Positions 1-11,626 of a DNA stretch of 64,000 bases are shown one piece after another. Origin of the DNA: Macrostomum lignano (lineage: Eukaryota); the NCBI GenBank assembly GCA_002269645.1, contig NIVC01002844.1, positions 1 through 64,000 on the forward strand, written 5' to 3'. Under the pieces are notes generated by a model. It was not told the origin of the DNA and did no database searches. It saw only the letters and a list, made by a program, of their open reading frames with translations. Position 1 is the stretch's first letter. Each line of letters begins with the position of its first letter. The position numbers were made by a program, and so were the translations under genes.

Positions 1-690
1 CCAGCTGGTGTTCATGGTGACCGAGCTGGGGGTCATCAATCCAGAAAGTGGGCCCAGCAGCTCCAGGGGGAGCAGTCGGTCCTGCTGTTTTATGCCGAGG
101 TTCCGCCTCAAAGGAATGAAGAAATCTGCGAAACTCGGTCGCTGTTTCTCATAGTTTATGGCGTTGGAGATTTGCCTGTGTGTTGTGCACCTTATTCTGG
201 CCTCCTACTGCTATCACTTCTTCAAGAAGCAGCGGGTCTGGCTGTCACTGCTGATGCTGTCTCTTCTGAGGCTCAGGAGACACCTGGAGCTACGGCCGAG
301 GCGGGTAAGCAGGCTGGCAGCGGTGAGGCGGACAATGAGTCAGAAGACAAAAATACGCCAGCCAATCAGGAGGAAGATGAGTCAGCGGACAAGATGACGC
401 CAGCCAATCAGGAGGATGATGAGTCAGCGGACAAGACGACGCCAGCCAATCAGGAGGATGATGAGTCAGCGGACAAGACGACGCCAGCCAATCAGGAGGA
501 TGATGAGTCAGCGGACAAGACGACGCCAGCCAATCAGGAGGATGATGAGTCAGCGGACAAGACGACGCCAGCCAATCAGGAGGATGATGAGTCAGCGGAC
601 AAGACGACGCCAGCCAATCAGGAGGATGATGAGTCAGCGGACAAGACAACGCCAGCCAATCAGGAGGATGAGTCAAGCTACCCCAAATGA
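1..690 (+). CDS. Partial (5'-truncated) multi-pass membrane protein with acidic repetitive C-terminal tail; apparent compensating indels
   Basis: Frame 1 is open from 1 to 690. A hydrophobic helix (MALEICLCVVHLILASYCYHFFKK) is in frame 2 at 158-232, flanked by apparent +1/-1 indels. It is followed by an acidic TPANQEDDESADKT repeat tail. The layout resembles the C-terminal half of the gene at 2023-2624. Confidence 0.4.
   Translation, partial: PAGVHGDRAGGHQSRKWAQQLQGEQSVLLFYAEVPPQRNEEICETRSLFLIVYGVGDLPVCCAPYSGLLLLSLLQEAAGLAVTADAVSSEAQETPGATAEAGKQAGSGEADNESEDKNTPANQEEDESADKMTPANQEDDESADKTTPANQEDDESADKTTPANQEDDESADKTTPANQEDDESADKTTPANQEDDESADKTTPANQEDDESADKTTPANQEDESSYPK
355..672 (+). repeat. 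42-bp coding minisatellite (~7.5 copies)
   Basis: Unit acgccagccaatcaggaggatgatgagtcagcggacaagacg repeated nearly perfectly and in frame (14 aa). Confidence 0.95.
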
Positions 691-1235
691 GCACAAGCAG
701 TCTGTCGCTGACTTTTAATAGCAAATTCGGCAATTTTTATTTTGTTTTTTCCTAAGCACAAATTTTAGCTATGCTATTAGACACAATACTGAAAACTAAT
801 TTCTTCAAATTATTCAGCACATCTAGTAGCCACTATTGATAGCACAACGTTTTAGTCGCAAAACTAGCTTACATATTTTATAAATGCTAAGGCTTTAAAT
901 AACTTTATTTTGTATTAATTCTGAGCCTTTTATGCAAAAGTCACATTAGAAACGCTTAAACCGCATGTTAATGGAAAGTACAGCTTAGCTACCAAAATTT
1001 TTCAATGCATAGCACTATTTGAAATTTTTTACTCTCGAAAGGTTATTAGAAATTTTATATCTCTACCGTACAAAAATCGCTAATGTTATCAATTAAGAAT
1101 ATTATCAACATTAGGAATTTTTAAGCGAATATTTCAAGACCACTGAATTATCCGATTTTACCTACGGTACCAGTTTCAATAGTCCATGACCAGAAGTGCT
1201 CAGAGTTGGTAGTCCCCAGAGTAGAGTAAAGCTTG

Positions 1236-1962
1236 CAGAGTCGAGAGTCAGGATCCCCAGAGTCAGGACCCCCAGAGTCAGGAGTCCCCAGAGTCAGGAC
1301 CCCCAGAGTCAGGAGTCCCCAGAGTCAGGAGTCCCCAGAGTCAGGATCCCCAGAGTCAGGACCCCCAGAGTCAGGAGTCCCCAGAGTCAGGAGTCCCTCA
1401 GAGTCAGGAGTCCCTCAGAGTCAGGAGTCCCCAGAGTCAGGAGTCCCCAGAGTCAAGAGTCGAGAGTCAGGAGTCCCCAGAGTCAAGAGTCGAGAGTCAG
1501 GAGTCTCCAGAGTCAGGAGTCCCAGAGTCAAGAGTCGAGAGTCAGGAGTCTCCAGAGTCAGGAGTCCCAGAGTCAAGAGTCGAGAGTCAGGAGTCCCAGA
1601 GTCAAGAGTCGAGAGTCAGGAGTCTCCAGAGTCAGGAGTCCCCAGAGTCAAGAGTCGAGAGTCAGGAGTCTCCAGAGTCAGGAGTCCCCAGAGTCAAGAG
1701 TCGAGAGTCAGGAGTCTCCAGAGTCAAGAGTCGAGAGTCAGGAGTCTCCAGAGTCAGGAGTCCCCAGAGTCAGGAGTCCCAGAGTCAGGAGTCCCCAGAG
1801 TCAAGAGTCGAGAGTCAGGAGTCTCCAGAGTCAGGAGTCCCCAAAGTCAGGAGTCCCCAGAGTCAGGAGTCAGGAGTCCCTCAGAATTAGGAGTCCCTCA
1901 GAGCTAGGAGTCCCTCAGAGTTAGGTGTCAAGAATCAGGAATAGCGAGAGTCAGGAGTCGAG
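1236..1962. repeat. Degenerate minisatellite built on cagagtcaggagtcccc (~17 bp)
   Basis: Continuous variants of gagtcaggagtccccagagtcaagagtcga. The ORFs 1196-1924 and 1233-1907 are just its translation. Confidence 0.92.
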
Positions 1963-2022
1963 TTGAGCACATGTCTTTCTCAAGCTGTTTTATTCATAAA
2001 CATTTGCAGCATCGGCAAGCCG

Positions 2023-2624
2023 ATGGCCCGAGCCACCAAGATACCGGTTGCCGCGGAGTCGTTGACCGGAGGATTCCTAGCTGCAATCGGGATTCTGGGC
2101 ACCGGCGCCATCCTGGTACTGCTGGTGCCCAAGGGAATCAGTGGAACCTCGCTGGGCCTGGTCTGCCTCTGCCTGGTGCTGGGAGTCTTCAGCACCGTCT
2201 GCGGCTGCCTGTCGTTCCCGCTGTGCCGCAGCGACTACGCCAGGCTGGGCTGGTACCCGCGCTCACCCTGGCCAGCGGCCTCCTGGCCACCTGTTGCTTC
2301 TGCCTGTCCGGGGCTGGCATTGTGGCGGTCATGTTCGACTGGGTTCTGTGCGATCAGTCGATTCGCGAGCTGGGCAAGGACTGCGGCTTCCCCTTCATTC
2401 TGCTGGGCAGCTTTCTGCTGTTTGAGCTCGTCTTCAGCCTGGTGCACATGGCCGCGCAGCTGGCCGTGCTGTTCAGGATCGTCAAGCACTCGGCCTGCCC
2501 TGGTGAGGCGGGCGCCGGTCAGGAGGCCGACAAAGAGGAAGACGGCAAGGAAGATGACGGAGCGGACTTGGATCAAGATGAAGGCGAGGCTGATGAAGCG
2601 TGCAGCGAGGCCGGCTCGTCTTAG
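2023..2624 (+). CDS. Four-transmembrane (tetraspan/MS4A-like topology) protein with acidic tail; one frameshift near 2248
   Basis: ATG at 2023 follows an acceptor-like catttgcag. TM1-2 (GGFLAAIGILGTGAILVLLV; LGLVCLCLVLGVFSTVCGCL) are in one frame and TM3-4 (LVPALTLASGLLATCCFCLSGAGIVAVMF; FILLGSFLLFELVFSLVHMAAQLAVLF) in another. Adding one G to ctgggctgg joins them. Acidic tail EEDGKEDDGADLDQDEGEADE. Confidence 0.6.
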
Positions 2625-4271
2625 GAAATCTTAGCAGAGAAACACCTCTAGACCCTTGAAGATACTTTGTTTTTCGTATATTGAAAATCTGTCAATTTCC
2701 TGTTGCAATCGTCAGTGATATTTATCAAAAGCTGGCTTCTGTTTCACCTTTGCTTTTCTTCTTTCTGGTAGCGTTAAAACTTTTTGAGGAGGGAAAGAAG
2801 AGAGTTAGTCAAAAGGCCTCGTGTAGTGCATGTAGACAGTGCATGTAAACTACATGTAGTGCATTAGAAATGTAAGTGCAGCCAAGAGCCAACAGAAAGC
2901 TGAGGAAATTCATGCTTGACGTCAGAGTCAGGCATTGAGCCCGGCAGCGCGAGGGAAGATGTTGAAGCGTTTTGCGGGGGCAGCGACAACTCTTTACTCA
3001 CTGAAGAGGCGGGTGATTAAACAAAGGATTAGGCCTTCTTTCATCTGAGATGCTGGGGTTTCAAGTCAGGCAAAAAATGTTTTGCCAATGCTTGACTGTC
3101 AATCGATGGAGTGGAAAATTTTGAAAAGCCAATAGCCTGGTCTCCATGGCTACCACGGCGGGAGAAGGAGAAGAGGGCGGGGCCAGAAACCAGAAGCTGT
3201 CGTATTGTTGGTTGAGTTGGTTGTGTTGACTGCATTGTTGGTTGAGAGGCATTATTTTCAGGAAATTTCTGCTTCTCTCAATCCCTCATAGTTTTGTGCA
3301 AGATGCAGGCAGACCTGCTCCTCGAACTGTGAGTGTCAGTCAAGTCTTCAGTCAGGCATCCCTGTAGTGTGTGTTGAAGTTACGGTTAGGCAAGATGAAT
3401 TCAGAGCAAAACACTTTTTTGTTGCGCTGACAGTTCTAGAAAAAAAAAAGAATCGAGCGATTTGTTTATATTTGCTTCATCTACGGAAATTCGGATCAGA
3501 CGCCGAACTTACAGAATTGAGTGATAAATAATTTTGAAAATAGCAGATTAGCAGAGGTTAGGAGAGTATATAAATATGAATTTTTGCCTGCGTAGAATAT
3601 TTGCCCAGCGTCTTTAATGGAAAAAGCTTGAAAACATTGCATTGTCTCAAAGAGTTGAATTTTGGCTTCCAGCCTTTTGCTTTTAGCATTCATTTCCGCG
3701 CTTCTGTTCAACCCGGAAAGTAAGCTTCAAGCCAGTGGCAGCCTCAACGCAGACGGAGAGCCAGAACAGTAAAAAACCAAAGAATAATTTTTTTAAAGTT
3801 TTGCCAAGGCGAGTACAGGTGGCGGCTTCACGATGCATTCACAAGAGAGCCTCCAGTCTTTGGCTTTCATACGCAAAGCAGCTGGTACTTTTTAGGAATG
3901 CATTGATGATAGAAGGCTTTGAGTAAGGAAAAAGCAGTGGAAAAAGTTTATGCTTAATAAGTACGAGAGAAAAAATAATCAAAGATATTTCTGTCGTAGA
4001 CAAAATATAAAATTCATGCGGTCCCGCACGCATGACCTTACCATTCCAAAATAAAGAAGCATTAAATATTTCCAACCATTAGCTGCTGGGATCCTATTGC
4101 TGAAAGAGGAAAGGTAGAACTTGCCACTTTTCTAATGCACCGCTACATTTTTTTGACCAAACACTCTCCCCAGCAGTTTAAAAATCATCCAAGCGTAATG
4201 TCTTTTATAAAAATGTTTAAGAACAGCGAAAAGTTCTTTCATGATTGACGAAAACTCCACCCCTTCCGCGT

Positions 4272-5030
4272 TTAGCCGAATGGGGACTGGCACTCGCACA
4301 GACCTTCGCTATTGCTTGGCGACATGTCGGACAGCCGTTCCCTTCCGTTATAAGCAGCGAGCAAGCCTTGTCCTCCGGAGTCGTCATTGGGCTCGCCATC
4401 GCTCCAGAGGTTGCTGCTGACGGTGTTGACGGTGTTGTTGTTGCAGCCGACCCAGTACCAGCCGCCATCAGGCTCAGCGCTGCCGGGCGCCTGAAATCCT
4501 CCTAGCCACAGAGTGTTTCTGCTCCCATGGAGTGACCTCACGTGCTTTATGTGCTCCAATTCTTCCATGCTCATCACGTCCGCCATGATCACCAGACCGC
4601 TCTCCGACTCGCATGTCGATTTTATGTCATTCCACGAGCCGCTGACCACCTTGTACTTGACTCCGCAGAAGTCGTCTCCGTATCCGGACGGACACAGCCG
4701 TCCCGCCGGCAGTCCCGGCTGCTGCCTCACGAACACCCGGCCTCGTCTCGAGCAGCCGCAGTCCCTCACAGACTTGCTGCACTTGTTGAACTCGAACAGC
4801 TGGCACGGACCGTCGGACAGGCTGTAGGCCTGGCACTGCGGTCTCAGGCCACACAGGATGGCGCAGTGCTCCACCGATGTAACTCCAGTGATGTTGCGGA
4901 CGAAGTCGCTGTTGATGCACAGGGAGCCGTTGATGGGAGTGAATCTCAGGGAGCAGGCCTGGCTGCTCAGAGCAGAGCTCAGCAGTGATAAAAAGACGAA
5001 GCAAACCAGAAGGCTGCCAATTTCATACAT
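4272..5030 (-). CDS. Secreted PAN/Apple-like + C-type lectin protein, copy A (252 aa, intronless)
   Basis: Signal peptide; HCAILCGLRPQCQAYSLSDGPCQL (PAN-like Cys core); C-type lectin features LWLGG, WYW, EPND and terminal LCEC. Confidence 0.85.
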   Translation of the reverse strand: MYEIGSLLVCFVFLSLLSSALSSQACSLRFTPINGSLCINSDFVRNITGVTSVEHCAILCGLRPQCQAYSLSDGPCQLFEFNKCSKSVRDCGCSRRGRVFVRQQPGLPAGRLCPSGYGDDFCGVKYKVVSGSWNDIKSTCESESGLVIMADVMSMEELEHIKHVRSLHGSRNTLWLGGFQAPGSAEPDGGWYWVGCNNNTVNTVSSNLWSDGEPNDDSGGQGLLAAYNGRERLSDMSPSNSEGLCECQSPFG

Positions 5031-7510
5031 GCTTGTTGCCGTGCGGCTTGTTGCTAAGAGTAAATAGACTCACTTTCTTTATGTGCGATGGTGAGCTCAG
5101 GCAGGTGAGTTGCCGTTTTGCTATTGGATGAACCAGTACTGACTCTCTTTACTTGCTGACTCAATTTTTCGTGCGTTCCATACCTTTATGGCTGCTTGGG
5201 TACCATTTAGATTGCCGTCTTTGCTTTTATAGAACAACTTATAATGATAAATTATATGATAATAATATTAATTAAATTTAATATGATATAAATATAAATT
5301 ATAGTTCCATAAATAACGTTTCAGTGGGATATTTCTCGGAGGAAATCAACCCCTTTGCCCAGTGCCAGTGGTAATGCCTTCAATTGACGTCAACTTGATG
5401 CGGGGCACAGCCGTCAGGGACCTCAGGGACTCCAACTCCAACGCCAATGCCACGAAGGTCGAAAGCGCACGAAAATGCTCTTCTGATGCTCAGAACAAAA
5501 TCCCTGCTCGGCGATCCGAACTCCGAAATTAGGTGAACGACTGACAGTGTGAAAGAGCGCGGAGGACAGCAGAAGGACCTTCGTCCGGCCTAGCCAAGCC
5601 CGCTCAACTTAAACAAAGCATTTTTTCGCAGAAGCGTTGCGGCCGACATTATTAATGCAGAAAAAATATTCTGTAAAAATAACTTCAATATTCTTGTCAA
5701 ACAGTAGTCAAACTGACTACCCTACTCTAACAGTAGGAATACCAAGCCATGTTTCCTTCCGTCAAACTACCAAGCCCTGACAGTTTCTTTGCTGCGCCGG
5801 AACGGAGCAACGCAGGCACACGAAACTCAAGAACACGGGCTAACTTTTTGTTGCGCACCTTCTCAAACAAGAATCAAGTCGCCAGCCCTCCGGACCGTCG
5901 AGATATTCGACGATTCTGCCAGAAGGTCGGATTGGATTTTTCCCATAAGCGCCAGTGTATTCAGTACACCCCTGTGCGCCAATCAGCACTGCGCCTCAGT
6001 GCAGCCTTGCCAAGCCTCCAAATTTCAACAGCACGTCGATCACATGTGTCTGCATCAGCTGTGACTTCGTTGGTCACTAGCCTTCACCCAGGCGGAGCTT
6101 CTGGACCTTCAACAGGTGGCACCAGGGGACTATGGAGACCCTGATGCGAATTTCTCTAGTTTCGCCGATCAAGCCTCGACAGTGGGCAAGCCTCAACTGC
6201 TGGACGTGCATTCACTGTACACACGGCACCGATTATTTCTATTATCAGTAAGCAGTATCGTTCATGGAGAACAGCGAGATTTTTCCTTGCACAGCGTGTG
6301 ACTGCAGCATCAAAAGCAGCAATTTTTGGACATACAGTTTTCTCCTCCTGCATCTTTCCGTCTTCTCAGGGGATGATAAAGCTTACCTGTCCATTTTAAA
6401 GAGCTTTCTAGTTGATCATTTATCATTCGCAATGCAGTATGTGGTGTGTTCAATAAGAGAGGAACATTAAATGTCATTTAATCAATCGCAGATCGATCTC
6501 TGCGAGGCGGTCGTAGTGGCAGTGCGATTGCAAAAACTGCGTCCCCTACTTGGCAGGGATCAAGTAGTCTATATGGCAAAGGTTTTCATTTTTGCTCCCC
6601 CTCCCCAGGGCATTAAACTGGAGGCAGAGCAGCTCATTGGCTGTCTCTCCCGCTTCTCAATACCTGGGTTCGATTCCGTAAAGGCCACAGTGGTTCTTAA
6701 TACACAATTACACACTAAGTCACTAGCCGAATGCGTAGTGACTTATCATGAAAATATTGAAAACAGTTAAGAATTCTTCGTAACTACAAGCGTGAATCTG
6801 GCACTTCCGCGAAATAACTTTTTTCCAAAATGCTATCAATATTTAGAGAAGCAATGCTTTCCCTAAAAAATGAAATCAGGATCGATTTGGGTGGCGTCTA
6901 AATTCGCATCGGCGCGATGCATTGAAAGTTATGATGTGGAAATGGGAAAAATCTTCACTAGTTTGCTGGGTCTCCTAAGAATACCCGACTGCCTGCTGAC
7001 GAAGACTGGGGGTTGGTCTGGCCACACAGCATGCGCTGTGGACTGCCTGCGCCTGCAGGAAGCGGGCTTCCAACGTGTGCGGGGCTTGTCTTCCCGCTTT
7101 CTATGGATTTTTCTGGCTTCTGCTCAGTCCACGGCTTCCGCTATTCGGCTTCCTGCCACTGGGTAGATGACAGAAAGATACTCAGTCAAAGTTTTTCTGG
7201 TCTACAGTACGTTTGCATGCCTGATTTGTCTGTTGAATAGAATTACAGACTTCTTAGAAGCAACTTCGCATTGTGCGGCCATGCGTCCCCGATCTGCAGT
7301 AAAATGCAGTTTGCGCAACACCAGCGTAATACGGCCAATCGAATGCAGAAGGGACAACGCGTGAAGAGGGCTGGGCTAGGCTGACCAGCCAAGAGAATAC
7401 TGCTTCAGGAAAAATTAGAAAAGTTGTTTCAGATCAAAATAGTTACATAAGAATTAACAGGGCGGTTGTACTTTGTATTGAAGTTGAAAAATGTAGCTTT
7501 TTCAGGCCAT

Positions 7511-7937
7511 GACCTACACGCATTCAATTTAGTCCAAGATATGTTTGTAAAAGTAGTGGAGCTTTTGTCTATGGTAGCAAGGGTGACACAGCAGCATTTA
7601 TTTTGGTCTCACAGGCATCAATTTGATTCATAGCGACTATGAAACCCAATCATGAGTTACAGGCTCATGACTGTGTATTTAGATAATTCCTTTTAGATGA
7701 GTAAATTTCACTGTACCAATACAAGGTGACGTCAAAAATGTAGTCTGCTCAATTATAACAAAAATAAAAAGAGCATTTTAGCATGGTCAAAAATCTACTT
7801 CGTTCACAAGCCCATGGCGTTCGTTAGAGCAAATTCTGGACCCAAGCGAATGCTTCTTGGACAAAATTAAATGCTGCTGTGCCACCTCTGCTTTACTTTG
7901 ACAACATATCTTGGATTAAATTAAATGCGTGTAGGTC
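7511..7937. mobile_element. Putative non-autonomous DNA element (MITE) with ~45-bp imperfect terminal inverted repeats
   Basis: gacctacacgcattcaatttagtccaagatatg at 7511 is the near reverse complement of catatcttggattaaattaaatgcgtgtaggtc ending 7937. Both ends are flanked by CAT (possible 3-bp TSD). Confidence 0.5.
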
Positions 7938-8820
7938 CATTAGTGCCGCTGCCAAATGACATGTCGGAATACTTGTCCCTTCCTGGGTAGGCAGCAATCA
8001 AGAAGTGCCCGTCTAGACTATTGCTTGGCTCGCCGTCGGCCCACAAGCTGCTGTCCACGGTGTTGTTGCAGCCGACCCAGTGCCAGCCCAAGGACTACTA
8101 GACTAGAACTATAACATTCCAGTGGTCCTTGCGCCAGCCAGCTGACGCGCGCGTGGAAGCCTCCCAGCCACAATGAAGTTCCACCGTCTGCTATATCGGG
8201 TCAGCCATGCTCACCAGCAGGGGCGTCGCCATGGATTTTATGGTAGGTGGAACAAAGCCAAGAACTCAAAATGTACATGTACATGACTAAATTCCTCCTA
8301 AATTTCCATTATTTTAAGGATCGTGTTGTCAGCGCTCATTTTAGCACCGCAGGCACTCATTTTAGCGCCACAGGCACTCATTTTGGCACCGCAGGCACTC
8401 ATTTTGGCGCCGCAGACATTCCTTTTAGCTACACAGGCACTCATTTTAGCGCCACAGGCACTCATTTTGGCGCCGCAGGCACTCATTTTGGCGCCGCAGA
8501 CATTCCTTTTAGCTACACAGGCACTCGTTTGGCGCTGACGGCACTCATTTTGGCGCCAGAGGCACACATTTTGCCACAGGCAAAATTATTGATTACCACA
8601 ACTAGTCACAAGGTGGGGTGGGGGGACAAAGCATTGGCATGTCCCCCATAGCTTTTAATAGAAGGGACATGTCCCCCCTGTCCCCCTCGGGTGGCGACGC
8701 GCCTGATCACCAGACCGCTCTCCGACTCGCATGTCGACTTTACAGTGTCCCACGGGCCGCTGACCACCTTGTACTTGACTCCGCACAGGTCGTCTCCGTA
8801 TCCGGGAGGACACAGCAGTC
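7938..8820 (-). pseudogene. Disrupted PAN/C-type lectin copy (lectin-domain half only), most similar to copy E
   Basis: 7938-8110 closely matches 27657-27830 (e.g. acttgtcccttcctgggtaggcagcaatcaagaa). There is a ~50-bp insertion near 8090-8150 and a hAT element at 8218-8705. Lectin sequence resumes at 8706-8820 and is then truncated. Confidence 0.85.
8218..8705. mobile_element. hAT-type non-autonomous element (488 bp) with internal ~21-bp tandem repeats
   Basis: TIRs CAGGGGCGTCGCCA / TGGCGACGCGCCTG. 8-bp TSD ctcaccag (8210-8217) / atcaccag (8706-8713); intact paralogues have a single atcaccag here. An 8-bp TSD is characteristic of hAT. Confidence 0.85.
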
Positions 8821-9118
8821 TTGCCAGCATTGCTAAACAAAATTCAACATTTTGAAGAAAAAAAGCTGTCAAAAAACCCAACGCCTCGTGTAAGTCAGTC
8901 AATATTTTGTTTAGGAGTTTGCTTTGAGAGCATTTTTTCAGCGTCAAAAAGTACAAGAACCTTCCCGCAACTCGTATATTGTCTATCACCTCACTGACTA
9001 AAAAATCAGCAATACAGTGAAACTCCACGATGTCTTTTGCATTTGTACTTCTCGCACAGTTTTCAAGAAGCATCATCATCAGCATTATTGCTTGCAGTCG
9101 GTCGAATTCCTGTTCAGT

Positions 9119-9859
9119 TCAGCTGAATGGGGAGACGCACTCACACAGACCGCGACTGCCGCTGCCCACACTCATATCGGACAGTCCGTTTCTTCCCGTA
9201 TAGGCAGCGATCAAGAACTGATTCGAATCGTCGTTGCTGGGCTCGCCGCTGCCCCACAGGCTGGCGTCCACGGTGATGTTGCAGCCGACCCAGTACCAGC
9301 CGCCATCAGGCTCCGGGCTGCCGTCCGGCTGGAAGCCTCCCAGCCACAGATTGCTACCATCACGAAGCGACTCCACGTGGCTCATCTCTGAGCTGCTCGT
9401 CACGTCCGCCATGATCACCAGACCGCTCTCCGACTCGCATGTCGATTTTATGTCGTCCCACGAACCGTTGTACTCCTTGTACTTGACTCCACAGAAGTCG
9501 TCTCCGTATCCGGGCGGACACAGCAGTCCCGCCGGCAGTCCCGGCTGCTGCCTCACGAACACCCGGCCTCGTCTCGAGCAGCCGCAGTCCCTCACAGACT
9601 TGCTGCACTTGTTGAACTCGAACAGCTCGCACGGACCGTCGGACAGGCTGAAGGCCTGGCACTGCGGCCTGTCCCAGCACAGAATGGCGCACTGCAGCTC
9701 CGAATTAATGCCCAGGAATGTTTGAACAAAGTCGCTGCTGATGCACAGGGAGCCATTGATGGGAGTGAATCCCGGAGAGCAGGACTGGCTGCTCAGAGCA
9801 GAGCTCAGCAGTGAGGCAAAGATGAGCGCGATACAGATGTTTCCGGTAGAATGCTGCAT
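9119..9859 (-). CDS. Secreted PAN/Apple-like + C-type lectin protein, copy B (246 aa)
   Basis: Start placed at MQHSTGNICIALIFASLLSSALSS (ATG 9859) by alignment to paralogues. Same Cys pattern; EPSN motif. Confidence 0.85.
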   Translation of the reverse strand: MQHSTGNICIALIFASLLSSALSSQSCSPGFTPINGSLCISSDFVQTFLGINSELQCAILCWDRPQCQAFSLSDGPCELFEFNKCSKSVRDCGCSRRGRVFVRQQPGLPAGLLCPPGYGDDFCGVKYKEYNGSWDDIKSTCESESGLVIMADVTSSSEMSHVESLRDGSNLWLGGFQPDGSPEPDGGWYWVGCNITVDASLWGSGEPSNDDSNQFLIAAYTGRNGLSDMSVGSGSRGLCECVSPFS

Positions 9860-10565
9860 TCCAGTTGCCGTTTCGGATCTGGTAGTCATTTTCGCACTTA
9901 GACTTACCTGCTTTTTAAGCAGGGCGTTCATGTGATCCGTTTTTTGCCATTGGCTGCTGCCTATCTGCTGGCAGGGGAGGATTGTGAAAGTAGTGATAGG
10001 CAATGAGTTTTTTTGAGATCAGAAGTATTGCCAAGTTTTTCGTTTTTTTTCTTTCGTTTATCTGAATAAAATGTTTTTTTTACTTTAACGAACAATGACA
10101 GCTGTCTATCTCTTTTCTTCTTGAGGAAATTGATATTTGAGAACAGGTAAAGGGCCTTGCTGCATCATCCACCCATATGCCAGTTTGCTTTTAGTGCTTT
10201 TAGCGCTAATGCAGTGAGGAAATGACAATGTCTCGGTTTTACATAAAATATCTTGTAATCTTGTAACTTCGCTGAACTGCCATGACTTGCTGAGAAAACT
10301 GCTCTATAATTTCCTTAATTGTGCCAATCATTTCGTTCTCCGTTTAGTCGCATTTAAAAGGCTGATCCTCTACCTTCAGTAGCTTTACCGTCACATCATA
10401 GTAAGAACTTGCGTGGAACGCGAATCGGGTGAGACCGCGCAGCGACATTCCCAGCCTGGTTTCACGCTATAAAATGTATTCTGCTAGTAGTGCTGGATAA
10501 ACTTTACTCCAGCACAATGGCTTGTGTTTGGGTTCCAGGAAGCTTGGCTGCCTGTAATGAATAGG

Positions 10566-11626
10566 GTAGACTTGATCCAGGCATTCACAAACCCGATCTG
10601 CTGCCAGTCACTCAGTAGACTTGATCCAGGCATTCACAAACTCGATCTGCTGCCAGTTACTCAGTAGACTTGATCCAGGCATTCACAAACTCGATCTGCT
10701 GCCAGATACTCAGTAGACTTGATCCAGGCATTCACAAACTCGATCTGCTGCCAGTCACTCAGTAGACTTGATCCAGGCATTCACAAACTCGATCTGCTGC
10801 CAGTTACTCAGTAGACTTGATCCAGGCATTCACAAACCCGATCTGCTGCCAGTCACTCAGTAGACTTGATCCAGGCATTCACAAACCCGATCTGCTGCCA
10901 GTCACTCAGTAGACTTGATCCAGGCATTCACAAACTCGATCTGCTGCCAGTCACTCAGTAGACTTGATCCAGGCATTCACAAACCCGATCTGCTGCCAGA
11001 TACTCAGTAGACTTGATCCAGGCATTCACAAACTCGATCTGCTGCCAGTCACTCAGTAGACTTGATCCAGGCATTCACAAACTCGATCTGCTGCCAGTCA
11101 CTCAGTAGACTTGATCCAGGCATTCACAAACCCGATCTGCTGCCAGATACTCAGTAGACTTCATCCAGGCATTTACAAACCCGATCTGCTGCCAGTCACT
11201 CAGTAGACTTGATCCAGGCATTCACAAACCCGATCTGCTGCCAGTTACTCAGTAGACTTGATCCAGGCATTCACAAACCCGATCTGCTGCCAGTCACTCA
11301 GTAGACTTGATCCAGGCATTCACAAACCCGATCTGCTGCCAGTCACTCAGTAGACTTGATCCAGGCATTTACAAACCCGATCTGCTGCCAGATACTCAGT
11401 AGACTTGATCCAGGCATTCACAAACTCGATCTGCTGCCAGTCATTTAATAGACTTGATCCAGGCATTCACAAACTCGATCTGCTGCCAGTCACTCAGTAG
11501 ACTTGATCCAGGCATTCACAAACTCGATCTGCTGCCAGTCATTTAATAGACTTGATCCAGGCATTCACAAACCCGATCTGCTGCCAGTCACTCAGTAGAC
11601 TTGATCCAGGCATTCACAAACCCGAT
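10566..11626. repeat. 49-bp minisatellite (~21.5 copies)
   Basis: Unit gtagacttgatccaggcattcacaaac(c/t)cgatctgctgccagtcactca, head-to-tail with no unique spacers. Confidence 0.97.

Noticed and set aside
1196-1924. Ser/Arg/Pro-rich ORFs
   Set aside because: Translation of a stop-poor minisatellite; open in several frames.
10566-11626. CRISPR-like array (also considered for the 31-, 43-, 52- and 55-bp arrays)
   Set aside because: Units are head-to-tail with no unique spacers, there are no cas genes, and the context is eukaryotic.
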